The translations under genes were made by a program, and so were the position numbers. A stretch of 51,216 nucleotides of DNA, filler included, from Catajapyx aquilonaris (lineage: Eukaryota), in NCBI GenBank assembly GCA_000934665.2. It is 2 parts of 2 records of this genome, joined end to end, with 100 filler letters (N's around TTAATTAATTAA, not from the genome) between each part and the next. Parts side by side here need not be neighbours in the genome. Positions count along the whole stretch, not along the records: positions 1 to 25,581 come from JYFJ02005349.1; positions 25,682 to 51,216 come from KZ539336.1. One strand, 5' to 3'. The first letter of the stretch is position 1; each line of letters starts with the position of its first letter. Below, piece by piece: positions 23,490 to 34,850 of this stretch. A model generated the notes under the pieces. It made no database searches. It was given only the letters and a program-made list of their open reading frames with translations, and was not told where the DNA came from.

Positions 23490-24561
23490 ATTTCGCCTAT
23501 TTTCTAGCTCAAATTTCTCGATGTGGGGCTGGACCAATTATGACCTTTGGTATGTCAATCGATTCCTTGGACCCATCCTCTATTCAGAATTGCATGAATC
23601 ATTCATTACCCGTGAGCGATAATTGATCAGCGAATTTTCAAACGCATGGGTGGATAAGGTGGTGCGTTACCTATCACAATGAAGTTTTACATAATTATGC
23701 ATTTAGGCAAAAGTGATTGCCCTATATCCTAACTATCACTTTGTTGAAATCATAATGTTATGAGTTGCGGCTATCGGGAATATATAGTGATTTATACATA
23801 TTTTCGAATATATTGTTTTCAATGTCGTTTTTCGAGTTAGGTAGAATATTTTGTAACAATGTAATTCCTCTCTGCATTACCTTCCATTGTATATGTAACA
23901 TGTTGGTGTTGGGAGAACAGTCTGAACAGTTAAAAATACTTTACATGGACGTCATTGTTGAACTTTCCATTGTTACAATTATCTCCGTGAGATTTGACTC
24001 CAGCGGCCTCAAATAAAAGATTTCGCAATATGGTACGGATCCCTACCTACCTGTTTTTTTCTGTTACATCGGAAGGGGTAAAGCCACCACCATTTACAGG
24101 ATTGACATGGAATGACCCTTCTTCATTTTGGAAAGTTACTTTGTCATTTGGATTTTGCTAGAAAAAGGATGGCATGTGCAAATCTTTTGCGTAATATAGC
24201 ACACAGCGTCACAGCCACACACTACCGTCGAAAGAGGCAGTGATATGTAGAATTTATTTACGACTTCGCTAATGTAGGCTACCTCTTTTTGATACCGCCA
24301 TAAGGAATTTTTCGCGGGTGGGATTTAATTTTATTTACAACCCGCGGTCGCATTGTCATCGTCCACATCTGGTTGAGTCAGCACTCTCAGCAGTCTTTTT
24401 TCCCTCACCACCAAGGTCACCAAAGCCAACCTTTTAACAAGAGACTCTACTATTGACAATTATTGGCCACGAAGCGATATTTATTGAACTTTTCCATTAA
24501 TTCTTCCAATAAATCAGCTGTAGCGCGCCAAATTCAAAGTCCAGAAATGTTACATCCGTGT

Positions 24562-24906
24562 GGGAGAGACGGAGTGGCGCTGCGGTAACGTACGCGCCCA
24601 CGGATGTTAAGGTCCCGGGTTCGAACCCAACCCGGGGATACCCCCTTCATCTCGTGCAGAGTTCTCGGGTCGTCTCTGCCTTCGTTTCGGGTGGTATTTA
24701 CGACAGACTAAGCCACCCAGGGGAGCTCACAAAATGACCTTACTAGTCGATGCACTGCACCTTGCACGTCCCCTCCCAGTCCCCCTGCCCGTACGCCTGG
24801 GCGCTTCTAACATGGCCTAAGTTTCTATCGGACTTTAATCGATGGTGTATAGGAGCAATGGCTCTCCCCGAATACCCCTTAAGGGGCAAGGGGTATTACA
24901 AAAAAA
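24562..24906 (+). mobile_element. Full-length tRNA-derived SINE (family B)
   Basis: A box GTGGCGCTGCGG, B box GGGTTCGAACCC, terminal hairpin AATACCCCTT/AAGGGGTATT, poly(A); 17-bp TSD AAATGTTACATCCGTGT at 24545-24561 and 24907-24923. Confidence 0.9.
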
Positions 24907-25581
24907 AAATGTTACATCCGTGTTTCATAGTCGTCGTTCACTATCGGCCCAACGAGCTTAAAGAAATTCAAGACCATTCATTACAGTTTAGAAAGTAAAT
25001 CGCGAAATTTAGAAATTACGCTATTTACTTAATTGCTATAATATATATCAAAGATGGCTGCCATGTTATTGATCTTTCGCTAATTACATACTTTGTTATG
25101 CCTGGTTTTTCACCATAGTGTAGCTAAATGATGCCAATAATTACTAGCTTCAACTCCAATACGCTTTCAAGGGTTATTTTGGCTTAATGAAGGAAATATA
25201 AGGCAACGCAGCATTGAAGCGGACGCGAGTGCAGGCAACCGTAACCCGATACTCAGCCTCTTTATTTACCGTCTTATCGCTGGACCTGAACATGTCAAAC
25301 CAGGCCTATGACACTCCTCGAATACGGTAGGTTAACACCTGTGTCCTGGCCAGACGGCGCTGATGGCGGAACATGGCGGATTTCCCTCCAGTGGAGCCTC
25401 CATATGGCTGCCGCCATCTGGAAGACTCATTCCGGTTGGCTGGCAAGTCAATCTGCCTACGGGTGGATGCCAAAAAATATGCCAAAAAATAAGTACGGTA
25501 CTGCTCGGTACTGCTAGCTATCTTTAGTCATGTCTAAATAAAATAAATAGTACACTTGCAATGCTCTTTTACAATCACCTC

Positions 25582-25681
25582 NNNNNNNNNNNNNNNNNNN
25601 NNNNNNNNNNNNNNNNNNNNNNNNNTTAATTAATTAANNNNNNNNNNNNNNNNNNNNNNNNNNNNNNNNNNNNNNNNNNNN
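25582..25681. other. Assembly gap with artificial six-frame-stop linker
   Basis: N44-TTAATTAATTAA-N44, exactly 100 bp and symmetric. Confidence 0.9.
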
Positions 25682-26062
25682 AAAAGTGTTTTTCGAGCCG
25701 CCCTACCGTACATGGAGCCAAGGAGGCCCCGCTATTAGTATAGTGCTACGGGCCCCGCGGATCCTTAAACCGGCCCTGGCTCTCCGGCGCTCTCCAAGTG
25801 TGGTGGTATCGCGATATGATTTCGGTAGCTGGGTCATGACGTCTCAGATGACGTCATGGATGGCCAGGGAGGGCCAATCAGGCATCGCGAGTCCACCCAC
25901 CAATGTATGAGAGTCGGAGTCGGCCAAGGTTCAGAATCTCGCCTCCTGTATGGGAGGTATGAGAGGTCGAGTCGGTCAAAATGAGACTGAAGAAGGTGTT
26001 GGTTGGTGCAGTCTTTGACCCGGGCATTTCCACGCAAACACAGACATACTGTCCGTTCGTAA

Positions 26063-26112
26063 NNNNNNNNNNNNNNNNNNNNNNNNNNNNNNNNNNNNNN
26101 NNNNNNNNNNNN
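26063..26112. other. Assembly gap (50 N) abutting poly-G
   Basis: Directly visible. Confidence 0.95.
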
Positions 26113-26288
26113 GGGGGGGGGGCAGGACATCTGCGCAAGCGCGCACCCCAACTTGCACAAGTACTTGCACCATAACTTGTACATGTACGTGTAATAGGGG
26201 GTGTTTGTGTTGAGCAAGTCGGCGCAGGCGCAGTCGCGCACTTGTTCAAGAACTTGTACAAGTAACTTGTACGTGCAATAGGGGCTTA
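26113..26288. mobile_element. Right end of a Harbinger-like MITE, truncated by the gap
   Basis: ACTTG(C/T)ACAAG subterminal repeats ending GTGCAATAGGGGCT-TA; left end not visible. Confidence 0.45.
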
Positions 26289-26614
26289 CAAGGTAGTAAT
26301 CAGAGGTGGCGACTCCCTTTAAAATATACGTAGGTTGTGGAGATCACTGTGTGAAATGATTAACAAAAATTTATTGCTAGTTTGTGATCTGGCAGAAAAG
26401 CTTAACTCTTCCAGAAAATCTTATGTACTAATATACGAGTACTTCTTTCTCTTCTGTTTCCTTGTTGAATGACTCACTGAGGTTTCCTGCAGCTTATGCC
26501 CTTGCTTATTGCATGCTTCATTTCCTTTTTTTATTTGCTTCGGGCCTTGCATGTAGATACCACGCTACATATCTGCTGATTCAAAATTTTCGACATCATA
26601 TAGCTACGTATATA

Positions 26615-27044
26615 CAGGGTTAGGAAATTAAACCTACCATCGCTTTGGAAAATGATAGATGGGTTCCAGGCGATCACTTTGAGTATATGCAACATGGGTC
26701 TCCGACGCATAGTAACCGAGATAATGTGCTTCACACACATGGTATAAAGTATCCTGGCACGTATGCTTCCCTCCACGCGACCTTGCCTTTTTCATTTAAA
26801 AGGTGTTACCATGTGATTTAATTTTAATTTACGATCCTGTTAGGTATAGCAGGGAACGGCCTAGGCGATGGAAGTGTCGTAAGCAGTATCCGAAACCTAT
26901 AAGCTGAGATAATCCACTTTTTATTTAATTCTCATTATCTCAGTAACTATGCGTCGGAGACCCATGTTGCATGTACTCAAAGTGATCGCCTAGAACCCCT
27001 CTATCATTTCCAAAAGCGACGGTAGATTAAATTTTCGAACCCTG
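26615..27044. mobile_element. MITE, Tc1/mariner-like
   Basis: TA|CAGGGTT...AACCCTG|TA, ~110-bp imperfect TIRs; partial second copy at ~49594-49860. Confidence 0.85.
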
Positions 27045-27048
27045 TATA

Positions 27049-27235
27049 CAGGGTGTGCCATAAGTCTGGAACCATAGGTAATTGGATTACATTGTTGGTT
27101 TCCAGTTGCGCCAACTCCAAGTGCCAACTGTGCCGACTCAACCTTTACTGACTCTCAACAAACTGCTAGTTGGCACAACTGGAAACCAACAATACAATCA
27201 AATTACCTATGCTTCCAGACTTGAGGGACACCCTG
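27049..27235. mobile_element. MITE, Tc1/mariner-like (second family, adjacent to the previous)
   Basis: TA|CAGGGTGTGCCATAAGTCTGGAA ... TTCCAGACTTGAGGGACACCCTG|TA, ~70-bp imperfect TIRs. Confidence 0.85.
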
Positions 27236-28004
27236 TAGTATATTTTGGCAAAAGAAATAAAAATTGAAAGTCTGGAAGGTTTTTATAGCGCCTTCTGTGA
27301 CCATTTCAAAAGCGAACATGTTGCAACTTCACGATTTCTTGACTGTCTGTTCTCTTATTTTGATAACATGGCAATTTCGATGCGTGACTTTTGAAGAAGG
27401 CGCTTTAAATAGCAAGTGATGGTAGTTGGCGCCAGGCAACAAGACTACGAAATGCTCCCAGGTGCCCCCGACATCTGGCATCGGACGAGTGAAGTACGTG
27501 GACCAATGGACTGATTCACAGAGCATCACGTTGACAAATGACAAGCACACGGACAATGTTCCATATAGTTTTATATCGGCGAATGGATTTGTATGTCAAT
27601 TGCTCTCTCTACTCAGGCGGACATAATGCACCTTTCGCCTATTTTTCATTTTTTTTTGCGCCGGAGTATACTGCAGGATGAGTGTCATCACTGATATGCA
27701 TGAAACCTCGGGGGTTCATACTTTCATGAGCAGGTGCAAAATACAGCACTATCTGGATAGGCCCGCGGTGAGCTATGCCTTCAAGCACAGTGCATTTTTA
27801 AATAGGCCTAGGCCTACTCAATGGATAATGGCACAGTCCTTTCCAGAGAATGAGGGCTAAGTCCATTTTTGGGGGTGTAACACAAATACGTCCATGCAGC
27901 AATAATGCATTTTAATGTAATTGGGTATTAATTGCACATTTGCGTATGTAGCTGAGCCGCGGAAATACGTATATGGACGCAAAAAGTTTCCAGCTAGGGA
28001 TTAA

Positions 28005-28133
28005 CCACTTCGATACTCCGGTGTACAACTGCAGTGGTACCCCAGGAACTCTTCGGTACTTCCTTGGTACGCCTTGGTACTCCTTGGTACTCCTTGAATT
28101 TGGTACTCCAGTGTACACTTTACAGGCGAGTGG
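28005..28133 (-). mobile_element. Short piggyBac-like MITE carrying the GGAGTACCAA decamer
   Basis: TTAA|CCACT ... AGTGG|TTAA; internal TTGGTACTCC units; homologous to 3819-4040. Confidence 0.7.
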
Positions 28134-28409
28134 TTAACCCCTTAGTTTCAACTTTCAAGATTGTACCAGTGGAAGTTAAGTATATGCCTAATCATCAGTT
28201 TTTGCTCAGTTAACGACCAGTTTTTTTTTTACTTAGCCGCTTTTGATCTGAGACCCCCCTCAGATATGGTAGTATTGTTTATTTTTTGGAGTACGTTTTT
28301 AAGTAAGGAATAGACCTTCAAAATAATGAGAGCATGAATTTGTAATGTGTAGTATTACCTCTTGGTATTACTGAACACGAATCACAAGTCTAAAGTGCAT
28401 TACACTAGT

Positions 28410-28875
28410 GTAGCTGTATTCCAAAGAGTGTGAACCTGGTCCTATTCTGTTTATTTGTGAATGTCTGGATAGAAATGCTCCGATAGGAAAGGAAAGCTTA
28501 GGGGGTGTATATATACGTATTTGAGAAGGGAGAACATTTTTGGTGGCTCGTGTTTGCAGACGATAAGGTGGGGTGGTACGGGATAGAACACAGTGCAACT
28601 GAGTGTGATAATAAAACAGGAAGAATATTATAAGAATATAGTAGTTAGTAAATGACAAATTTCGAGTGGAATTGGAAGAAGAAGCGAATAGAACAGTGGG
28701 AAAATACAAATACTTGGGGTACTGGTTTGCAACAAAGGTAGGCCTATAGGGATACACCAGCAGATAAAGATTTAAAGGAAGGTGGCTTTGGTAGAGCTGG
28801 AGAAAGTGAAGAAGATACAGAATATGCAGACTGAAGAACAATAGAATTTGGGGAAAGTTCTGTTCAACATACATG
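28410..28875 (+). pseudogene. Decayed non-LTR retrotransposon (LINE) reverse-transcriptase fragment
   Basis: Collinear RT motifs across frameshifts and stops: Q-x-CEPGPILF (~28422-28452, cf. QGCxLSPxLF), WWLVFADD (28541-28564, cf. YADD), VGKYKYLGYWF (28696-28728, cf. FKYLG). Confidence 0.8.
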
Positions 28876-30999
28876 TACTAGCAATGATCGTGCTACTGAA
28901 AGCATACGGTCGAAGGCATACTCTTTGACCAGACAAACTGATCTATCTCAGTCTAAGCACTCTGTAGTATGTTTGGTACTGTACAACCGTTGCCAGTGTC
29001 CCAATATGTCTGGTGTCAACTGCGGAATGTCAGCAATGACCTTGAAAGCCATACAATATTATTGTCCCATTCCTAGCGATATTCCTGGTATCGGCTGTGA
29101 CCGGGGCTGATTATGAACATGCTGAAGAATATTATAATTATGCTCTTCCATATCAATTAGCAGCTAGAACTCGACGGCAATAAGGAGAAAAGGGCGAATA
29201 GACAATTTTTTATCAAATGACGAAAATGCTTCTTTTATGGTGAAATCACCCACTTTGGTGACAGGACAAAATGTGTAGGCCTACGTGGAACAGTGCGACT
29301 GTACGAGAAAGTGGTCATACAGTGATGCTGTGATTTGCGAGGACTATGTTCAACCTATTTTTACCTCTCCTGTAAAATTTATAAAATTGTATATTCGCCC
29401 TTTCTCCTTATTTCCGACGAACTGTCTTCCAGCAATAGCCTACAGCCTCTTGATGGTGAATCTTTGAATTATGAGTATGTTGTCTTGGAAACGGATAGAC
29501 GGAGGCGGAAAATTTTGGTGGTCTGATCAGGTCCTCTTAGGTCAACAGACTTCTCTCTTTAAAATTTTTTCAGTGGGGCCATGCGAAAAGAAACATTGTC
29601 TATCACGTCAAGATCAGCAATGAGCTTCAGCAGCTGACCCTTCCCATAAGGGACACTGTGGCTAAGGCTTCAGCCAATATGCTACAAAATACGTCGACTG
29701 AGATCGAATATCTCCTCTCTATATTTTGTCGGGCTACCTCGGGTGCCCATATCGATTGAAAAAGTGTGTTGAGGAAAAACCTTGATACACTTTTCCTTTG
29801 CATTAATGTAACTCAACTCTAGATGTAACTTATGATAAAACGGATATGGACATATAAATCTTTTGTTTTGGGTCTCGCGTAATCATGCGGGCAACAAATA
29901 ATGTTACTTATGCCGCAGAGCGCAGCAAGGTGTTTGTTAGTGTTTGAAATAATGAAATGCAGTATGCTGTTGTGTATAGGAGAAATTTTCCTTATCTGAG
30001 TAAGCCTACCATGTATACCATGGGGGGACGGTACTTACAATGAGGGATTATATCAGATATATGGAGCAAGAAAAGGGTTGTGGGTGCATAACAGTATATT
30101 GAAAAAGTGAAACAGGAAGAATAGCTAATGCAGCGATACAACGTTTGAGGTGAAGGGAAAAGTGCAATTACTGTACCTACATTTTTTGTTAAGAAACGGA
30201 GGGACAATATATGATTATGCTGTTAGGCCAAGGCGTAGGTTGAAGGCTGTAGGGCCTACTATTATTTTCTCAGAAACATGGATTGCTCATTTCTTATGGG
30301 AGCCAAATAATATGTATACTTTTTGGCCAAAAACACGTCTAAAATGTAGCTGGGTAAGAAAAATGTGGGCGGGACCAACAAGTAAGGAGACAGACGACAA
30401 ATCACATTTCCTTCCTCATAGACACATGCGGCAACACATATTATACACCTTTTTGGTAGGAAATTGACCGGCCGGTTGGTCCTTCAACATTTTTCATACC
30501 TACATGTATTACTCGCATTTGCCCAACAAGTACGTTGACGGAGCGGGCGGGATAATATACTCGTAAGAAACTGTAGGTTTTCTTGTAGGTCTCTTGTTAA
30601 GTCAGTGTTTTAAAGATTTGAATATGAATTTAGGCCTATTATGAAACTGTTTTTGGACAAATTTATAAGTTACCATTTTGAATGAGTTTAGAGATAGTAT
30701 AGGCTAAAAAGCAACCATAGAAAAACCGACCACAGAACTTAATAAAGACAAAAGAACATGCCTTCAAGGTTTACGTCAATTAGCTCAATTTCACATGAAA
30801 CCTTGAAAGGAGCGTTGTTCTCACTTAGAATCACATATTTATTATTGTTTTATGGCTTCCCAGTGGAGAATATTAGGTCGCAAAACCGGATTATCATTGG
30901 CACGAAGTCGTATAACTTATTACCGCTAGGCAAGAAAAACGATAATAAAAGGTTAGTAATAACGTCAGGTGATTGGAAGTTTCAGTCATGCTATACCAG

Positions 31000-31001
<2 letters not shown>

Positions 31002-31041
<40 letters not shown>
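31002..31041 (+). repeat. (GA)n microsatellite
   Basis: Directly visible. Confidence 0.95.
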
Positions 31042-31043
<2 letters not shown>

Positions 31044-31795
31044 CAACAAAAGTATAGGCGTGAGGGGATTAGATATGCCACAAGAATGAAATCGATACGT
31101 ATAGGCTATACGTAAAACTAAGGCACCAAAGCCAGTCAATCATCTACCGTAGATGATTTGCTGCAGGTAAATATTGATGAATGTACAGTAAAACAATATT
31201 GCACGAAACCCTGCAGCGCAATAATATATATATATTTTGGTTACAAAAAGTTCTGTATAGGCTACACTATGCATAAAGTTGTAGGAAAAACTGATATAGG
31301 CCTCCATGTCATGCTGCCGAGAATGCAGAAGGTAAAAATGCACTCGNCCCCCCCCTGGGTTAGAAGTAGGCTAACTTGTCCAAAATAATTCTACCTGGCT
31401 CATAATTATGCATTTCTCATGTACTAGACATGACCTAAATGTAACTTTTACATATTTTATTGCTGCAAACTCATATCCTTGTCTAGTATATTTTTAGAGA
31501 ATTGCCCGAATATTATTTTAAAGCCAAAGCAGCAAAAAAAAAAGACCACTGACTTAACACCATCCCTGATGTGCATTGTGCATTTTGGTCAACATATAGG
31601 AAAACATACAGTACGAGACTATAAAAAGGTAGCCGTGCAATTTGATGAATTTTCCATTACTTTTACAACAAATTAAGAGTACCGGTAGCCTAATAAAGCT
31701 GTCATAATTTGCTGAGATTAGCAAACGTATGCTGATCTTAAGAGTGCAAGAATATTTTCTCTATATTGTACACGTACAGATATTTGGAGAGTTGA

Positions 31796-32271
31796 CGTCG
31801 CCAGGAATGGTGGACATCGGCCTTGCGACTCCTGCGCCCATAAGCTACATAGGGATTGCAGTGTAAAACAGCTGTAACTCGGTTAATTTTGATCGAATTA
31901 ATTTTATTTTTCAATGTGTATGAAGGTAATAGACTCCCGCATACCCTGGTGACTCTAAAAAATTAATATTGCAATTATGTTTGGGAGATAATGGTGTCTC
32001 ATTCCGCTTATGAGGTTTTGCGTTGCATTTTGCTCTTGGGCCCGAAAAAGCTACTTTCAATTCAGATATTTCATTGATCTCAAAATGTGTATGAAATATA
32101 CGATGTGTGTGACAAAATGGCTATTCCATATTTAAGATTGGTCCACAAAGTAGTGAGATCCTGGTGTCTCTTTCCGTCAGAGAACTCTGGTTCATCCCGT
32201 ACAAATGATCGTCCGCCTCCTATCGGTGGTAATATGAAACACTGGCAGAATGTCCACCATTCCTGGCGACG
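31796..32271. mobile_element. MITE, possibly Sola-like
   Basis: Perfect 22-bp TIR CGTCGCCAGGAATGGTGGACAT / ATGTCCACCATTCCTGGCGACG; exact ends and TSD unclear. Confidence 0.7.
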
Positions 32272-34633
32272 ATTCAATATTACAGAAATGCAAAATTGAC
32301 TCAGTTGCGGATGCAGAAAATAAAGTAACTTTGAGAGGTAATGTTGGTTGTGTATTTCTAGTCCTGTTGTCTGGAAATGTTTGTGTGACACGTTCAGTTG
32401 GCAAATGAGCTGCAGATGATATCGTGGCAATCTCTACAAAGCTGTCCACTAGTTTCCCAGACTGAGGCAGGCTGGTCATGTGAACACCAAATCCCATTTG
32501 GAAATGGTTGTCGTCCCTATAACGGCTCCACTAAAAGTACGTTACGAGCTCCTGAATCAGATTCTCACATTGCGTGTGCGAAGAGTTCCGAGGCCATATT
32601 GCCTCCATTTGCACGTATGTGCGCAGGGATATCTGAGATTTGGCTGGTTTTGTGACCGATTTTACAATGGCTTTGGCCGTGATCCCTCATTAGGTCGATG
32701 CGGATAAACCTTTACGGTGGCGATTCTCCTTGAATAGCAACACAAGTTGCGCTAAAGGCGCACCAAGTTTTCAAGTGGAGTTCGGACTAGGTAGGGCAGA
32801 AGCAGCATCTAACCAGAAGCCAGGCTCTATAGGTGTAAGAAAGTAATTAGGGCTGATGGCTATCCTCGGATTGCGTTTTCAGCCGGAAAGAAATTACAAC
32901 TCATCTGGTGGAGCGGGAGGTTGGCCCCGGGGTACGTAAGGTTATCCAGGTTTGGCCTTCTCCCAGATGCCTCTTTGCATACCCAATGAGGTAAAAGAGG
33001 GCCTCTGCATAATATCCGATCGGGTGACAAACTAACTTCCCGCATCCGCCCTTTGCGGTGAATTATTGGCCTGCTAATGGGATTAATTCATTAAGTGCAA
33101 AAAGAAATTGGGACGAAAACGACCACTTCATTGATACTAATTACGCCTGCAACTGAGCCGGAGCACTTGAGTAGATAAGATTTAAACTTGTGGAACTTGC
33201 TGGCATGACAAGATGGCGACCAATGTGTCACGTTTAATGAAACCGTAATGCTTTCCGGTACCTCATTCTTCTCGCCTTCGCTTCCACTTCTGTCAGTCTT
33301 CAAAGAGAAATCAGGCCTTTTTAGGCTAGGTGATTGATCTCCATTTGATGATCTTTTTTTTCATCCTTTTCTCTTTGATATGCCACGTACATTCCATCTT
33401 CCGTCTCGTCTAGTCTGTAGCTCATTTCCACCATCTATGACTCCCATTTCTCATTGTGTCGATTGCTCATATCACATGCAGCAGTCCCAAGAGAAACTGT
33501 CATCAGCCACTAGTTTCTTATTATCAAGCAGTTGGACCTTCCGTCAGCATCAAATGACGCGTGTCACCAAGTACTTACGTAATGAGAGCAGAGTTCCTTC
33601 GCACATGATCCATGTCATTTTGAGGAAACTCTGGCTGACGTGTCGGGTAAGTGACTCGGCATGGAACTCAGGCAGTTTCCTTAAGTTCTATAAAAGGATA
33701 AAGTGAGTTTGTGTTCGAGACGACGAAGGCTTCTTCGCCTTCTTCTTTTTCTACTTCTTTTTCCTTCGCCTATCCGAGCCAAGTCTTTGGATGGTGTGAT
33801 CTAGACTCTAAGGAAGAAGAAGAGAGAAGAAAGTGCTCTAACGGGTCAGAATCGCGTATTGTTTGTTCCAATCGAATCGTGGAGTCGGACGACAAAAGGA
33901 CAGCCTACTGATGGAAGTGTTGGACGATTTCCACACTTTCTTTGTTTCTTCCAAAGAAATGGATGTACCAAGAGAAAGGCGGCCTTATCTGAACAGAAAG
34001 AATCCTTCTGTAAGACACAAGTCCCTTTAAGAGCTATATAGGACTATAATCCAAATAAATACAATACGATGCAACTCTATGCTGTCTGTTTATACAAGAC
34101 AAAAAATAAATGTCGCATAATGATGGTCACCTTTTATTTAAATATTTGCACCGGTTGCCCAAGGTAATGGCCAAATGACAAACTATAAAGCCCTCTTGAT
34201 ATTCTCAACAACTGACTTTAATTATGATAATGATTCAATATTAAAAACAGTGTATTCGGGGACTTTTAGTTCTCGCTAACTCCCGAAGTTGTTTTTTGTG
34301 TAGTTTTTCCGCCCTGATCTGGGTGCAGAATTATTCAGACTATAGGTTGGTAAAATATAACTACAGTTGCAACATAATTTGGCACCTCGATCGGAGTGCA
34401 AAAAGTACACAAAAATATGTAATAACTTCGGGCGATTTGGGAGAACTATAAACTGACCCGAATACCTTCTGAGAAACACTCGTGTAAGGGACAACTTTCT
34501 GTGCACTGAGCCACACATACATGGATGTAAAATGACATCATCATTATTATCAATTCACTGCGACATTTTCCTATTTAATGGGTAATCAGTCTTGAAGCAG
34601 GTAACGCAAATTTACTCGTGTAAATAAATAAAA

Positions 34634-34850
34634 AATGAGAGCCACTAAAATTAGCTCCTAAACTGTTACTTAGGATTGTTACGCACAATAATATATTATT
34701 GTGCGTAACAATCCTAAGTACTGTACATAATACGTAGGTTGTAACTATAGTTACAACTTATTATGTACAGTGCTATTCTAGCCTACCTAATGTAATCATC
34801 TTAAGTATAACAGCAGTTTCGGAGTATTAAATTTGCGAGTTTGGGGGCTC
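34634..34850. repeat. Branched palindrome cluster
   Basis: Spacerless perfect 54-bp palindrome 34667-34720, second hairpin 34720-34771, enclosed by degenerate outer inverted repeat AATGAGAGCC...CTCCTAAACTG / CAGTTTCGGAG...GGCTCTCATT. Confidence 0.8.

Noticed and set aside
28368..28874. Longest ORF (168 aa, minus strand)
   Set aside because: Antisense shadow of the purine-rich decayed LINE RT on the plus strand.
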